A stretch of 64,000 nucleotides of DNA from an uncultured virus (IMG/VR IMGVR_UViG_2806310790_000002) (taxonomy: Duplodnaviria; Heunggongvirae; Uroviricota; Caudoviricetes), in IMG/VR virus record IMGVR_UViG_2806310790_000002. The stretch is one strand, 5' to 3'. Position 1 is the stretch's first letter; each line of letters opens with the position of its first letter. The notes below the pieces were generated by a model. The model saw nothing but the letters and a program-made list of their open reading frames with translations. It had not been told where the DNA came from and ran no database searches. The position numbers were made by a program, and so were the translations under genes. This document shows positions 28,601 to 37,254 of the stretch, one piece after another.

Positions 28601-29722
28601 ATGGATTTTAAAGACAAAATTATGCAGCTATCCGATAATATAAAAAAGCAAAAGGATAGGATAGCAACAGAAGAAGCAACTAAAAATGCTTTCATAATGC
28701 CAATGATAGCAGCTTTGGGGTATGATGTATTCAATCCATTCGAGGTAATCCCTGAAATGGATTGTGATCTTATAAGAAAGAAAGGAGAAAAGATTGATTA
28801 TGCTATTATGAGAGAAGATGTTCCGATTCTTCTTATTGAGTGTAAACATTGCAAACAGGATTTGAATTTGCATGATACCCAATTACAAAAGTATTTCGTT
28901 GCATCGAACGCACGTTTTGGAGTTTTGACAAACGGTATTGTCTATAAGTTTTATACAGACTTGGAGAAACCCAATATAATGGATACTAAACCATTTCTGT
29001 CAATAAATATGTTAGACTTATCTGATTCAGACATAGAACAGCTCAAAAAGTTCCACAAGTCATATTACAACGAAGAAAATGTATTAGGAACCGCCAATGA
29101 ATTAAAATACACAACAGAGATAAAGGAAATTTTCAACAATGAACTTCAATCACCTACATCTGATTTTATTAGATTCTTTGCAAAACAAATATACACAACC
29201 GGGCAAATAACACAAAAGGTAGTTGAAATGTTCAACCCACTTGTGAAAAAGTCAATGTCTATGGTAATAAATGATATCATAGCTGAAAGGCTTAATACAG
29301 CAATGAAAAATGAGAACCAGGTCGAAGACATTACTAATCCTTCTAGTAATTTACCTAATTCCTCCAAAGAAAATGCAGACAGCAAACTACCTGACGGAGT
29401 AGTTTATATGGACAAGGAAACAGGGATTGTCACCACGCAAGAAGAAATGGACGCTTATAATATTGTGAGAAGCATACTTAGGCGTAGTGTAGATGCTTCA
29501 CGGATTACATATAAAGACTATAAGACTTATTTCGTTATAAGTTTAGACAACAGTCAATGGTATTGGATATGTCGTATTTCTATTGGAGCTAGAAAGAAGC
29601 AAATTGGAATACCAGTAGATAACTATAAAAGTTGCGAATGGATTCAAATTGATAATATAGATGATATATTTAAATATGCAGATAAACTAGAAGGGTCACT
29701 TAAAATGGCAATGAAAGAATAA
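28601..29722 (+). CDS. Stand-alone type I restriction enzyme HsdR N-terminal-like PD-(D/E)xK nuclease (moron)
   Basis: TEEATKNAFIMP..LGYDVFNP.EV.PE, KIDYAI, LIECK, QLQKYF, GVLTNG motifs; no helicase domain. Confidence 0.85.
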   Translation: MDFKDKIMQLSDNIKKQKDRIATEEATKNAFIMPMIAALGYDVFNPFEVIPEMDCDLIRKKGEKIDYAIMREDVPILLIECKHCKQDLNLHDTQLQKYFVASNARFGVLTNGIVYKFYTDLEKPNIMDTKPFLSINMLDLSDSDIEQLKKFHKSYYNEENVLGTANELKYTTEIKEIFNNELQSPTSDFIRFFAKQIYTTGQITQKVVEMFNPLVKKSMSMVINDIIAERLNTAMKNENQVEDITNPSSNLPNSSKENADSKLPDGVVYMDKETGIVTTQEEMDAYNIVRSILRRSVDASRITYKDYKTYFVISLDNSQWYWICRISIGARKKQIGIPVDNYKSCEWIQIDNIDDIFKYADKLEGSLKMAMKE

Positions 29723-29735
29723 TAACCAACAAATT

Positions 29736-30605
29736 ATGAAGAAAATATCATTTTTTATTATAGCAATAATTCTATTAACAAATTGCAGTTCAAATGAAAG
29801 CCCTATTATATATGAACCGGAACCCCCAAAATACAATATTAATAGTACAGTTCAAGTAGGTGACATCAAACTACAATCTTATATTTTTGAAGGAGATTAT
29901 TATATAGAGGCTATTGACGAATCAGACAACAAGGCGTTTACTATCAAGGACAAAGCAGAAGGATATATAGAGGATTTAGGGTTTGGGGAGACAAAAGAGT
30001 ATCCTGTTAGAGGCTGCTATATACAAAGCACTTTGAAAAAGGATGATTATCTCTACATATTGGTCAGTTTATATGGTGACTTAATCGCTCATCCACATAA
30101 ATTTATATTAAAGATAAAGGGTGGAAAAGTGGTTAAGAAAGAATTTTTTGATAAAATGTATTATGATGGTTATGACGAAGTGCTTTTATATCCTGAAGCA
30201 ATAGCAGATTGGTATGGAGAGTATATTGCCATTTATACAACGATAAGAACCAGTAGTGATGCTATAGTTATATTAGATAAAGATTTGAAAAACGTATATG
30301 GTAGAAATTATGCCCACAATTGGACCGAATATATAGGAAAAAATAACTATATATCTTTATCTTTAAAAAATATGGTATATATATCCAATAATGAGGTTGT
30401 ATGTGTAGATGTATCAAAATATTCGTATAAAGACTATCTGTTATGGCACACCCCTATCACCGATGAAGAAATAAGAGTAGACAAGACCTCATATTCGTTG
30501 GAAGGAGACAACGTAATAGTAGACGTTGAAGCAACCACTAAGGCAGGAGAAAAAAAGAAATATCATCTGGCCTTGAATAAGGAAACTGGGAGAATTGCAT
30601 TCTAA
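29736..30605 (+). CDS. Lipoprotein (moron; possible superinfection exclusion)
   Basis: Signal peptide MKKISFFIIAIILLTN-C with lipobox cysteine; beta-rich body. Confidence 0.75.
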   Translation: MKKISFFIIAIILLTNCSSNESPIIYEPEPPKYNINSTVQVGDIKLQSYIFEGDYYIEAIDESDNKAFTIKDKAEGYIEDLGFGETKEYPVRGCYIQSTLKKDDYLYILVSLYGDLIAHPHKFILKIKGGKVVKKEFFDKMYYDGYDEVLLYPEAIADWYGEYIAIYTTIRTSSDAIVILDKDLKNVYGRNYAHNWTEYIGKNNYISLSLKNMVYISNNEVVCVDVSKYSYKDYLLWHTPITDEEIRVDKTSYSLEGDNVIVDVEATTKAGEKKKYHLALNKETGRIAF

Positions 30606-30638
30606 TTATGCATTATTAATATTGTTCTATTTCACCGG

Positions 30639-30678
30639 AAAATCACGAGATTTTTTGTATAACTCTCGTGATTTTTTT
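30639..30678. terminator. Bidirectional intrinsic terminator
   Basis: aaaatcacgaga / tctcgtgatttt inverted repeat between convergent genes. Confidence 0.75.
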
Positions 30679-30713
30679 ATCCCCAATTTCTAATATTATT
30701 CTATTTGTCGTAT

Positions 30714-31430
30714 TTAGTCCCATTTCATAGCCTTAATTTTTGCCATATTTTTCGGATCGTCCGCATTGACAAATGTCCTATCATCAGAAATACGGGCTTC
30801 TTTCTTTTCTTCATCAGTAAGATATACGGAAGTAATAGCATCTGCCATCAACATTTGAAGGAGTGAAAAACTAATTTCCCATACAATCTGCTGTGGAGTC
30901 ATATTGAGTTTTTCACATGCCGGTAATATCAAAGAACCAAATACGCTTTTACCGCCAAAAGTGATAGAATTGCCTTTCTTGTTTTTTATCATTGAAACTT
31001 TAGCTAGCTCTTTACGTTCCCGATCAATCCCGAAATATTTGATAAAATCATCCGTATTATCTTTAGTAATAACCATAACAAGAAGTTGAGCCATTTCTTC
31101 ATTTGAAAGATTTTTCCTCAAGAACTGACATCTGCCATTTACAATTCTATTATTAAAAAGTTCTTCTTTCTTGTTGAGCGTGTGATAAGATAGTAGTCGG
31201 CAAACAATATCTTTTTTTTCTTGGCATAATCTTAATGCCTCCATATATGGGTTTGATTTAATAATATCAGTATTCATATCAAGGCTTTCTATAAGTCTTG
31301 ATAGCAGATATGTCTTACCTAGCGTTATTGGATATAAATAAAAATGCCGTTTATTAACCCGAAAACCGTATGGCCTTTCCATTATGGTATCCGCAATATT
31401 CATTTCTATTATTTTCTTATCTTCAACCAT
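30714..31430 (-). CDS. Probable tail assembly chaperone
   Basis: Position between major tail and tape measure genes. Confidence 0.6.
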   Translation of the reverse strand: MVEDKKIIEMNIADTIMERPYGFRVNKRHFYLYPITLGKTYLLSRLIESLDMNTDIIKSNPYMEALRLCQEKKDIVCRLLSYHTLNKKEELFNNRIVNGRCQFLRKNLSNEEMAQLLVMVITKDNTDDFIKYFGIDRERKELAKVSMIKNKKGNSITFGGKSVFGSLILPACEKLNMTPQQIVWEISFSLLQMLMADAITSVYLTDEEKKEARISDDRTFVNADDPKNMAKIKAMKWD

Positions 31431-31507
31431 ATTTGATTATTTTAAAACGAACAGGCTATCTTCACAGATAGCCAATTCAAAACATGACAACAAACCAAAT
31501 TCATTAG

Positions 31508-31579
31508 AGCGGACTAGTGGAACTGCACCACTCCCTTCGCTCAGGTAGAACGACGCACGTCTATGTGTGCTTAATCCGC
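31508..31579 (-). tRNA. Non-canonical tRNA-Gly-like cloverleaf, anticodon ACC
   Basis: GCGGATT-AA-GCAC-ACATAGAC-GTGC-G-TCGTT-CTACCTG-AGCGA-AGGG-AGTGG-TGCAGTT-CCACT-AGTCCGC-T; all four stems pair; Gly identity elements (G1:C72, C2:G71, G3:C70, U73, C35C36); lacks U8, D-loop GG and TTC. Confidence 0.75.
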
Positions 31580-31630
31580 AAATGTGCATCTATAAAGCTG
31601 ATGCACTGAGCCTTTTTACTTTATTAGAAA

Positions 31631-32176
31631 TTATACCATTGAATTAGGGGCGACTTCAAACTTATCTCCATCACCTTCTTCGTTATCCGGATCGCATTCA
31701 ATTTTTGTAATAGGAGATCCAGTTGTAGGAGTAACAATAATTTTACCCCATTGGACTTGATTCTTATTAGCAGCAGATTTTAAAGCGTCAAATGTATATG
31801 CCCACACACCACCATCTGCACTAGTAAATGTGTCTTCAACTGATACAGTTGTCTTTTCCATACAAAATCCAGGAACTTCAGGATCTTCCGGTTGTAACGC
31901 AATAGCATAATTGTGAGTGACTACGCCATCACTATCGCTGATAGGTCTTTTGCGCCCCTTTGCTGCACGTATGTTGAGTACAAGAGCATAGGTATTTTTG
32001 CCATATTTGACATCTTCGTTTTCTCCGCCTTCAATTTTGGCTTCTTGCTTATCGCCTTTTGTTGTTGTCAACTGTGTGGAATTTTCCACTGGTGTAGGAA
32101 GTTCTTCCCACTTAGGAGAGGAAGCATCCAAGTCTTTTACGAAAATCCGGGGTTTTCCCCAGCCGATTACTGCCAT
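31631..32176 (-). CDS. Major tail (tube) protein
   Basis: MAVIGWGKP start; position after the tail terminator gene. Confidence 0.75.
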   Translation of the reverse strand: MAVIGWGKPRIFVKDLDASSPKWEELPTPVENSTQLTTTKGDKQEAKIEGGENEDVKYGKNTYALVLNIRAAKGRKRPISDSDGVVTHNYAIALQPEDPEVPGFCMEKTTVSVEDTFTSADGGVWAYTFDALKSAANKNQVQWGKIIVTPTTGSPITKIECDPDNEEGDGDKFEVAPNSMV

Positions 32177-32205
32177 AGTTCTATATCACTTAATATAGTT
32201 AATAC

Positions 32206-32628
32206 TTATTCGTTATTTATCTCAATATACAGTTTGTTATTGATGAAATGTTCGGTATGCCCATTTTCGAAGGAAACATTTGTAGGATTAGTATTCTGAC
32301 TACATTTTGAAGGTATCGTATGATACTCATCCTTGCGTATGGAAACAAGAAACTTGCATAGTTCACACAGTTCACTTATACGTTCAGTATCTATTTCCCA
32401 TGATTTTGTTTCTGAATTCCATTGATCACTTACATACACATTGACATTTACATAAGCTCTTTGAATCTGCCCGCACCCCTCATTAGCAAGTATAGATATA
32501 ACTATATCCTCTTTATCTGATTTGTTAGGCCTTCCTCTGTCACTCAATTTACCGGTAACATTCCGTTCAAGGTCAGTACCTTTAATTTTGTGATAGACAA
32601 ACTTTTGTATTTCAATGTCTGATTTCAT
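32206..32628 (-). CDS. Tail terminator / completion protein
   Basis: Size and position in the neck module. Confidence 0.6.
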   Translation of the reverse strand: MKSDIEIQKFVYHKIKGTDLERNVTGKLSDRGRPNKSDKEDIVISILANEGCGQIQRAYVNVNVYVSDQWNSETKSWEIDTERISELCELCKFLVSIRKDEYHTIPSKCSQNTNPTNVSFENGHTEHFINNKLYIEINNE

Positions 32629-33170
32629 TATTTAGCAATCTGTCTTTTTAACTTTTCAAGCATTTGCGGAATTTTGTCTGTCGCCCATAATTCCGTCGAT
32701 GCAAGTACATCCTTATTATCCATCGCTTCTACATATTCAGCGTAATTCATTCCGGCGACAATGACAAGTACATAATCATTTGAATACCTTTTTATGAGTT
32801 CTTCAGCAAGGTCTTTACCAGCTTTTGCGCCTTCCTGGCCTCCTGCTTTGACACGTGCTGTAAATGAAACTTTTTTACCCTCTTTAGTAACATATTCAAC
32901 TTGTTTTGCATGAGCTGCTTTTCCCATACTACTATCAAAACCGTAGCTTGAAACAATGTTGCCATTATGGGAAATAATATATCCAACGGAACTTCTAAGA
33001 TTACCGGACTGGTCAAACCAGCTTTTTTCTCCGGGACGATCTCGGATTCTTTGTACACATTGCTCTCCGAGATAAGCTAAAGCACGTATTGTAAGTATTT
33101 CTACGCGTTCCGCTTCTTTCATCAAAACCTTATGTATTTCGTCTAGTTTACCAGATAATTTTACTCCCAT
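32628..33170 (-). CDS. HK97 gp10-like neck protein
   Basis: DQSGNLRSS and AGMNYAEYVE motifs. Confidence 0.75.
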   Translation of the reverse strand: MGVKLSGKLDEIHKVLMKEAERVEILTIRALAYLGEQCVQRIRDRPGEKSWFDQSGNLRSSVGYIISHNGNIVSSYGFDSSMGKAAHAKQVEYVTKEGKKVSFTARVKAGGQEGAKAGKDLAEELIKRYSNDYVLVIVAGMNYAEYVEAMDNKDVLASTELWATDKIPQMLEKLKRQIAK

Positions 33171-33173
33171 ATT

Positions 33174-33500
33174 CTAAACCCAAATTTTACACTGAAGTTG
33201 GTATCGATGAAAACCTTTTACCTCAAATTCTCTTTCAATTCCTCCAAGAAGCATTATCTTGACTCTGTCGCCAATAGTAAAGGTATGACAATTGCTTGGA
33301 AGACAGACCGTATATGAATAGCTCCTTACAACACCATCCTCAAATTTCCTTTCTTCAGCCTTTCCAGAAGGTACAGCATCACAAGGAATCGAGCCTTTCC
33401 ATTCAGACGAACCGGCATGATAATTGCCATTTTCATCTTCGTAGCCAGGTACAGCAACTAGGTATTGTAAACGATGTGGATTTCTATTCGCTACTGCCAT
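33174..33500 (-). CDS. Head-closure (stopper) protein
   Basis: GYEDENGNY...IPCDA...GDRVKI pattern; position. Confidence 0.65.
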   Translation of the reverse strand: MAVANRNPHRLQYLVAVPGYEDENGNYHAGSSEWKGSIPCDAVPSGKAEERKFEDGVVRSYSYTVCLPSNCHTFTIGDRVKIMLLGGIEREFEVKGFHRYQLQCKIWV

Positions 33501-33501
33501 A

Positions 33502-33840
33502 CTACAACAAGCAATCACCCACATATACTATTGGTTTTGCTTCCAGTTCTACTGAAGGCTCACCAATAGTATTGTAGATGTAGTTTACGCGTAAAAGTAT
33601 TCGTTCTTTATCTTTGTCAGACAAAGCCCCAAAAGACTTGTCAGCTTCAGAGAAATTGATAGCTTGAACCAAAGACCAAAGACAATCAGCTAGAGCTCCC
33701 TGATATTCGCTAGAATGAGCTATGTCGTAATTAAACTCATCATCACCATTGAGATTACGTTTAATCATAACATTCTCTACAAAACCGATAGGGATCGGAT
33801 AATGTATTTCGTCTATGAGGGCTTGCTGAATTGTCTTCAT
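33502..33840 (-). CDS. Head-tail adaptor (DUF6706-like)
   Basis: Position right after the major capsid gene. Confidence 0.65.
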   Translation of the reverse strand: MKTIQQALIDEIHYPIPIGFVENVMIKRNLNGDDEFNYDIAHSSEYQGALADCLWSLVQAINFSEADKSFGALSDKDKERILLRVNYIYNTIGEPSVELEAKPIVYVGDCLL

Positions 33841-33843
33841 GGT

Positions 33844-35181
33844 TTACGATGCTTTATGAGATTCAACCGCCTTTTTCAATGCTTCTTCGTCTGCGTCACT
33901 CAATCTGTTGACTGCTGCGATTAGCTTATCATCGGAAACGGTGGAAGTAAGGTTCTTGCCTGCAATCTTGTTATATTCCGTCACAAACTCCGGCTTTTTG
34001 TAAGTTGCTCCCCAAATTGTAATCTTAACATCAGAAGTATCTTTCCCTTCTTCTGTTGTGTCTACTGTTTGGGCTTCCAGTATATCCAAAGAATAGATTT
34101 GATCTACGTTTTCGATAACCGGTAAACAGATAGCCTGTCCGTTTGTAAATTCCTGCAGCGGGTCTGTTTTAGAGTAGCGACTAATCAACTTATATTCGTC
34201 AATAGTAGTATATTCCACTCCATTAACGGGATTAGTTGCTTCAGCCAAAGTTCCCCATACAAAAGAACCTACATTATCAGCAGAAGGGAGGAATATCAGT
34301 TTATTCGCATTCCACGGCTTATAAGATACCCTTTTGCCATTCTTTTCATAAGTTACTGAACGATCAATCTTCAAGAATGAAATACCATTATATTGGTCAG
34401 AGAACGCTTCATCAAATAATGTAGAAGTAGGTACAGGCAGCTTAGTCTCATTATCAAAGGTTTGACCTCGATAATTTGCGGCTAGTTCTTTAGCCCATTG
34501 AGATTGACGCATTTTGTTGTATGTAGATAAAGCCAGCATAATAACTGAAATACTGTTGCCGTCATCGTTAGCTTTGCTTATAACTCTTTCAATATCATCT
34601 CCTGTAACTTCCCCAGTAGTAACAACACCAAAACTATGTTCTGGCAAATAACCATAATCAACACGAAGACCTATACCAGTATTTTTATCATCGTCACCCT
34701 CAACAATGATGACACCATCGGATAATCCTGTAAGGAAATTTGCTTCATTTCTTTCGTCAATACCAACAGAACATGAGGTTCCGTCATCTGTTAAACGAGA
34801 GAAAATTCTGTTTTTAAGAGATTTTTGTGCTTCTTCCGTAGTGGCATTAGATAAATGCGCTTTCATGATGTTGATAGCATTAATTTGAGTCTCTCTTAGA
34901 ATCTTTTTAATTCCAATCTTAGGCAATACTCCGTTTGACCGTGCAATAGAATCTCGCTTTTTGGGTGAAAGCGGAGAATCCATAGCAACCATATCAGCAG
35001 CTACATATGTGGTGTTGGCGGATGTTCCTTCCCATTTTTGATCAGGGGAGTACACTTTAGTAAGCATCGTTTTGTGAAGATAGGTCAATGTTTTGTTTGT
35101 ATCATTGATCTTTTCTTTCACATACAGGCTTAATTTAGGCCATATTCTTCTTACAAATTCAATAAACAATGATTCATTCAT
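33844..35181 (-). CDS. Major capsid protein
   Basis: 445 aa; VAADMVAMDSPLSPKKRD pattern; follows scaffold and decoration genes. Confidence 0.85.
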   Translation of the reverse strand: MNESLFIEFVRRIWPKLSLYVKEKINDTNKTLTYLHKTMLTKVYSPDQKWEGTSANTTYVAADMVAMDSPLSPKKRDSIARSNGVLPKIGIKKILRETQINAINIMKAHLSNATTEEAQKSLKNRIFSRLTDDGTSCSVGIDERNEANFLTGLSDGVIIVEGDDDKNTGIGLRVDYGYLPEHSFGVVTTGEVTGDDIERVISKANDDGNSISVIMLALSTYNKMRQSQWAKELAANYRGQTFDNETKLPVPTSTLFDEAFSDQYNGISFLKIDRSVTYEKNGKRVSYKPWNANKLIFLPSADNVGSFVWGTLAEATNPVNGVEYTTIDEYKLISRYSKTDPLQEFTNGQAICLPVIENVDQIYSLDILEAQTVDTTEEGKDTSDVKITIWGATYKKPEFVTEYNKIAGKNLTSTVSDDKLIAAVNRLSDADEEALKKAVESHKAS

Positions 35182-35194
35182 CTTTCACCTCCTT

Positions 35195-35596
35195 TTAATC
35201 GTGTAGAAAAGTTAATTGTGGTAATGCCGTCTTTAATGCAGCCTTGATGCTGTCAACAGGATAAGGACTCGCCACATCATTAACTTCGCCAGCATACATA
35301 ATGCCTACAAATGGTTTGTCGGCGGGTTTGGAACAAACAACAACGCCAACATATTCATGATTACCTGGCAATGATTCGTAGGCTGTACCTGCTGAATTAA
35401 CAGGCATCGGCTTATAAGTATCATTCTCTGTATCGCGGATAACGATATGTCCGGCTTTGATTACAGACTGTTTAAATCCAGTCATATCTAGCGTCCGGCC
35501 ATTCATAATTCCGCCCAAATAGTTACGAATAACAATCGAATCCATTCCGGTTAAGATTGTTTCTTGTTCGTTGACTAAATCAGCTTTTGCGCCCAT
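35195..35596 (-). CDS. Head decoration protein
   Basis: GRTLD..VIKAGH motif; between scaffold and capsid. Confidence 0.7.
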   Translation of the reverse strand: MGAKADLVNEQETILTGMDSIVIRNYLGGIMNGRTLDMTGFKQSVIKAGHIVIRDTENDTYKPMPVNSAGTAYESLPGNHEYVGVVVCSKPADKPFVGIMYAGEVNDVASPYPVDSIKAALKTALPQLTFLHD

Positions 35597-35613
35597 TTTT
35601 AATTTGTTTTTGA

Positions 35614-36324
35614 TTAAAGGCCTTTAGCTATTGCTATGACCTCTTCGTCTGTTAATACTTCATTTTTTTCTTGTTTCTTACTACCTGAACCTGGAGGATT
35701 ACCTAAACTAGAAAGCCCTGCATCGGCACGTTCTTGGTTGTAAGATTTCAAATCTTCCTCAACTTCGGAATAGAATTCTTCAAATTCTTCATCATTTTCA
35801 AACTTCATTTTATTGAAGGATTTTAATGTGCGAGCTCCGAATGTACCAGCGTCTTTCAATAAGGATTCAAGTTTTTCTCTACGTGTAGTGACAACTTTTT
35901 CACCTTTCAATGCTGCGATTTCGTCATTCAGTGTTTGTACTGTTTGAACCAAACCTCTAGCCCACTCTGGAGCATCATCATTCTTTCCTCTGTTTTTGGG
36001 ATTCTTTTTGTTTAAACCCGGCTGGCGATTAGTTGGATTCGATGGTTCATCGTCATCATCGTCATCGGTTTCATCGTCGTCGTCATTCTTTTTGCGGTTT
36101 TCTTCGATTACTCGATTTGCAAAAGACTGGCTGACTTGTAGGTAGGGGAGAACCGCATCAATAGCTGTATCAATTTCTGCGTTTACGTCCTCATCGGAGG
36201 CATCGTCTGTGGAAGTTAGATTGTCGGCAATCTTGGCAGCGACACTCATCAGTTCCTTTTTATTGAACCCGAATGCCTTCACTTTCGGTTTCAATTTTAG
36301 AAACACTTGTTGTTTTCTGTCCAT
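35614..36324 (-). CDS. Capsid scaffolding protein
   Basis: Acidic low-complexity linker, APEWA motif, coiled coil. Confidence 0.75.
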   Translation of the reverse strand: MDRKQQVFLKLKPKVKAFGFNKKELMSVAAKIADNLTSTDDASDEDVNAEIDTAIDAVLPYLQVSQSFANRVIEENRKKNDDDDETDDDDDDEPSNPTNRQPGLNKKNPKNRGKNDDAPEWARGLVQTVQTLNDEIAALKGEKVVTTRREKLESLLKDAGTFGARTLKSFNKMKFENDEEFEEFYSEVEEDLKSYNQERADAGLSSLGNPPGSGSKKQEKNEVLTDEEVIAIAKGL

Positions 36325-36347
36325 TGTACAATGTTTTGGTTACTAAA

Positions 36348-36460
36348 ATAGTCTGCGAAGCACGTATACCAGCAGACTATTCGCTTAGAACTTTACCAAA
36401 CAATAGAGCAATGAGTTTTTACGACAAGTTCTGTGGCGTACGTCTTCATACGCATCTGAC
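36348..36460 (-). promoter_or_regulatory. Structured leader (terminator/antiterminator) of the head operon
   Basis: Hairpin aatagtctgc/gcagactatt followed by a U-tract on the - strand; upstream segment GAAGACGTACGCCA complementary to its loop. Confidence 0.55.
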
Positions 36461-36461
36461 A

Positions 36462-36498
36462 CAAAGGTAGCAAAAGTGACGTTTAAAACGTCACTTTC
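36462..36498 (-). promoter_or_regulatory. Promoter -7 box TACCTTTG plus palindromic operator (copy 3)
   Basis: aaaagtgac-N9-gtcactttc. Confidence 0.75.
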
Positions 36499-36521
36499 AA
36501 TGTTAAACTATCATAATAAAC

Positions 36522-36557
36522 GCACGGCACGAGAGTAATCTTGTACTTCGTGCCGTG
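36522..36557 (-). terminator. Terminator after the MuF toxin cassette
   Basis: cacggcacga / tcgtgccgtg inverted repeat. Confidence 0.65.
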
Positions 36558-36584
36558 AAACTGAATGTAATTGTACATCAGCGA

Positions 36585-37016
36585 TTATTCTTTAAGATAT
36601 TTATATGCTTTTATGTATTTGTTTAATCTGTAAATATCCTTTTCTGTAAGTTCATTCAAACGTGTTATATCCATGTTGTCTTCTAAATCATGTAGTTTTA
36701 CTTGTCTTCCTATAGGATTAAGTCTAGAACGTTTTATGAAATCGTCATAGCTTTCATCCTCGTTGCGAGTGACAGAAAGTATAGCATCTACTATATTACG
36801 AGGAAACCCTTCCATAAGTAAATATTCAGCGGTAACTTCGGTATCTTCTATTGTATCGTGCAGTAAAGCGACAATCCTTTCGTCATCAGTAGAACATCTG
36901 TTTGAGACACGGATAGGATGGAAGATGTAGGCTGATCCAGCTTTATCGATTTGTCCGCTATGGGCTTTGACGGCGATTTGAAGAGCTTTTTCTAATAAAG
37001 TACTAGTATTTGTCAT
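36585..37016 (-). CDS. HD-domain small alarmone hydrolase (Aph1/Mesh1-like)
   Basis: KAHSGQIDKAG..YIFHP, ALLHDTIED, VKLHDLEDN motifs. Confidence 0.88.
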   Translation of the reverse strand: MTNTSTLLEKALQIAVKAHSGQIDKAGSAYIFHPIRVSNRCSTDDERIVALLHDTIEDTEVTAEYLLMEGFPRNIVDAILSVTRNEDESYDDFIKRSRLNPIGRQVKLHDLEDNMDITRLNELTEKDIYRLNKYIKAYKYLKE

Positions 37017-37230
37017 ATTCTGATTTTGAAATTTCTTTTCCTCCAAGAATTATATCACAAACTGTCTCATTGGATTGAGGAATTCCTATCTCGTTACACC
37101 CACGATGTTTTATATATGATTTTGTTTGACCGTTATCGAGATATAAACGGACAACAGCTTCTTCAAAATCGTCAAGTAAATAAACCGTTTCGCCTGACTG
37201 TAATTTATTATATAATTCCTGTTGGTTCAT
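37003..37230 (-). CDS. Small probable immunity protein (IapK-like by position)
   Basis: 75-aa ORF between toxin and hydrolase, ending GKEISKSEYDKY; own promoter-like TATCTTTA box upstream. Confidence 0.6.
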   Translation of the reverse strand: MNQQELYNKLQSGETVYLLDDFEEAVVRLYLDNGQTKSYIKHRGCNEIGIPQSNETVCDIILGGKEISKSEYDKY

Positions 37231-37254
37231 TTTTATATGTAAAGATAGTGATTT

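Noticed and set aside
17470..28882. Numerous antisense or nested ORFs in the track (e.g. 17470-18027, 25424-26126, 28513-28734)
   Set aside because: They overlap well-supported genes on the opposite strand or frame and have no recognisable motifs
28601..29722. Complete type I restriction-modification system
   Set aside because: Only the HsdR N-terminal nuclease-like domain is present; no helicase, HsdM or HsdS
36040..36090. (tca/tcg)n microsatellite as a phase-variation tract
   Set aside because: In-frame poly-Asp linker of the scaffold protein with mixed codons
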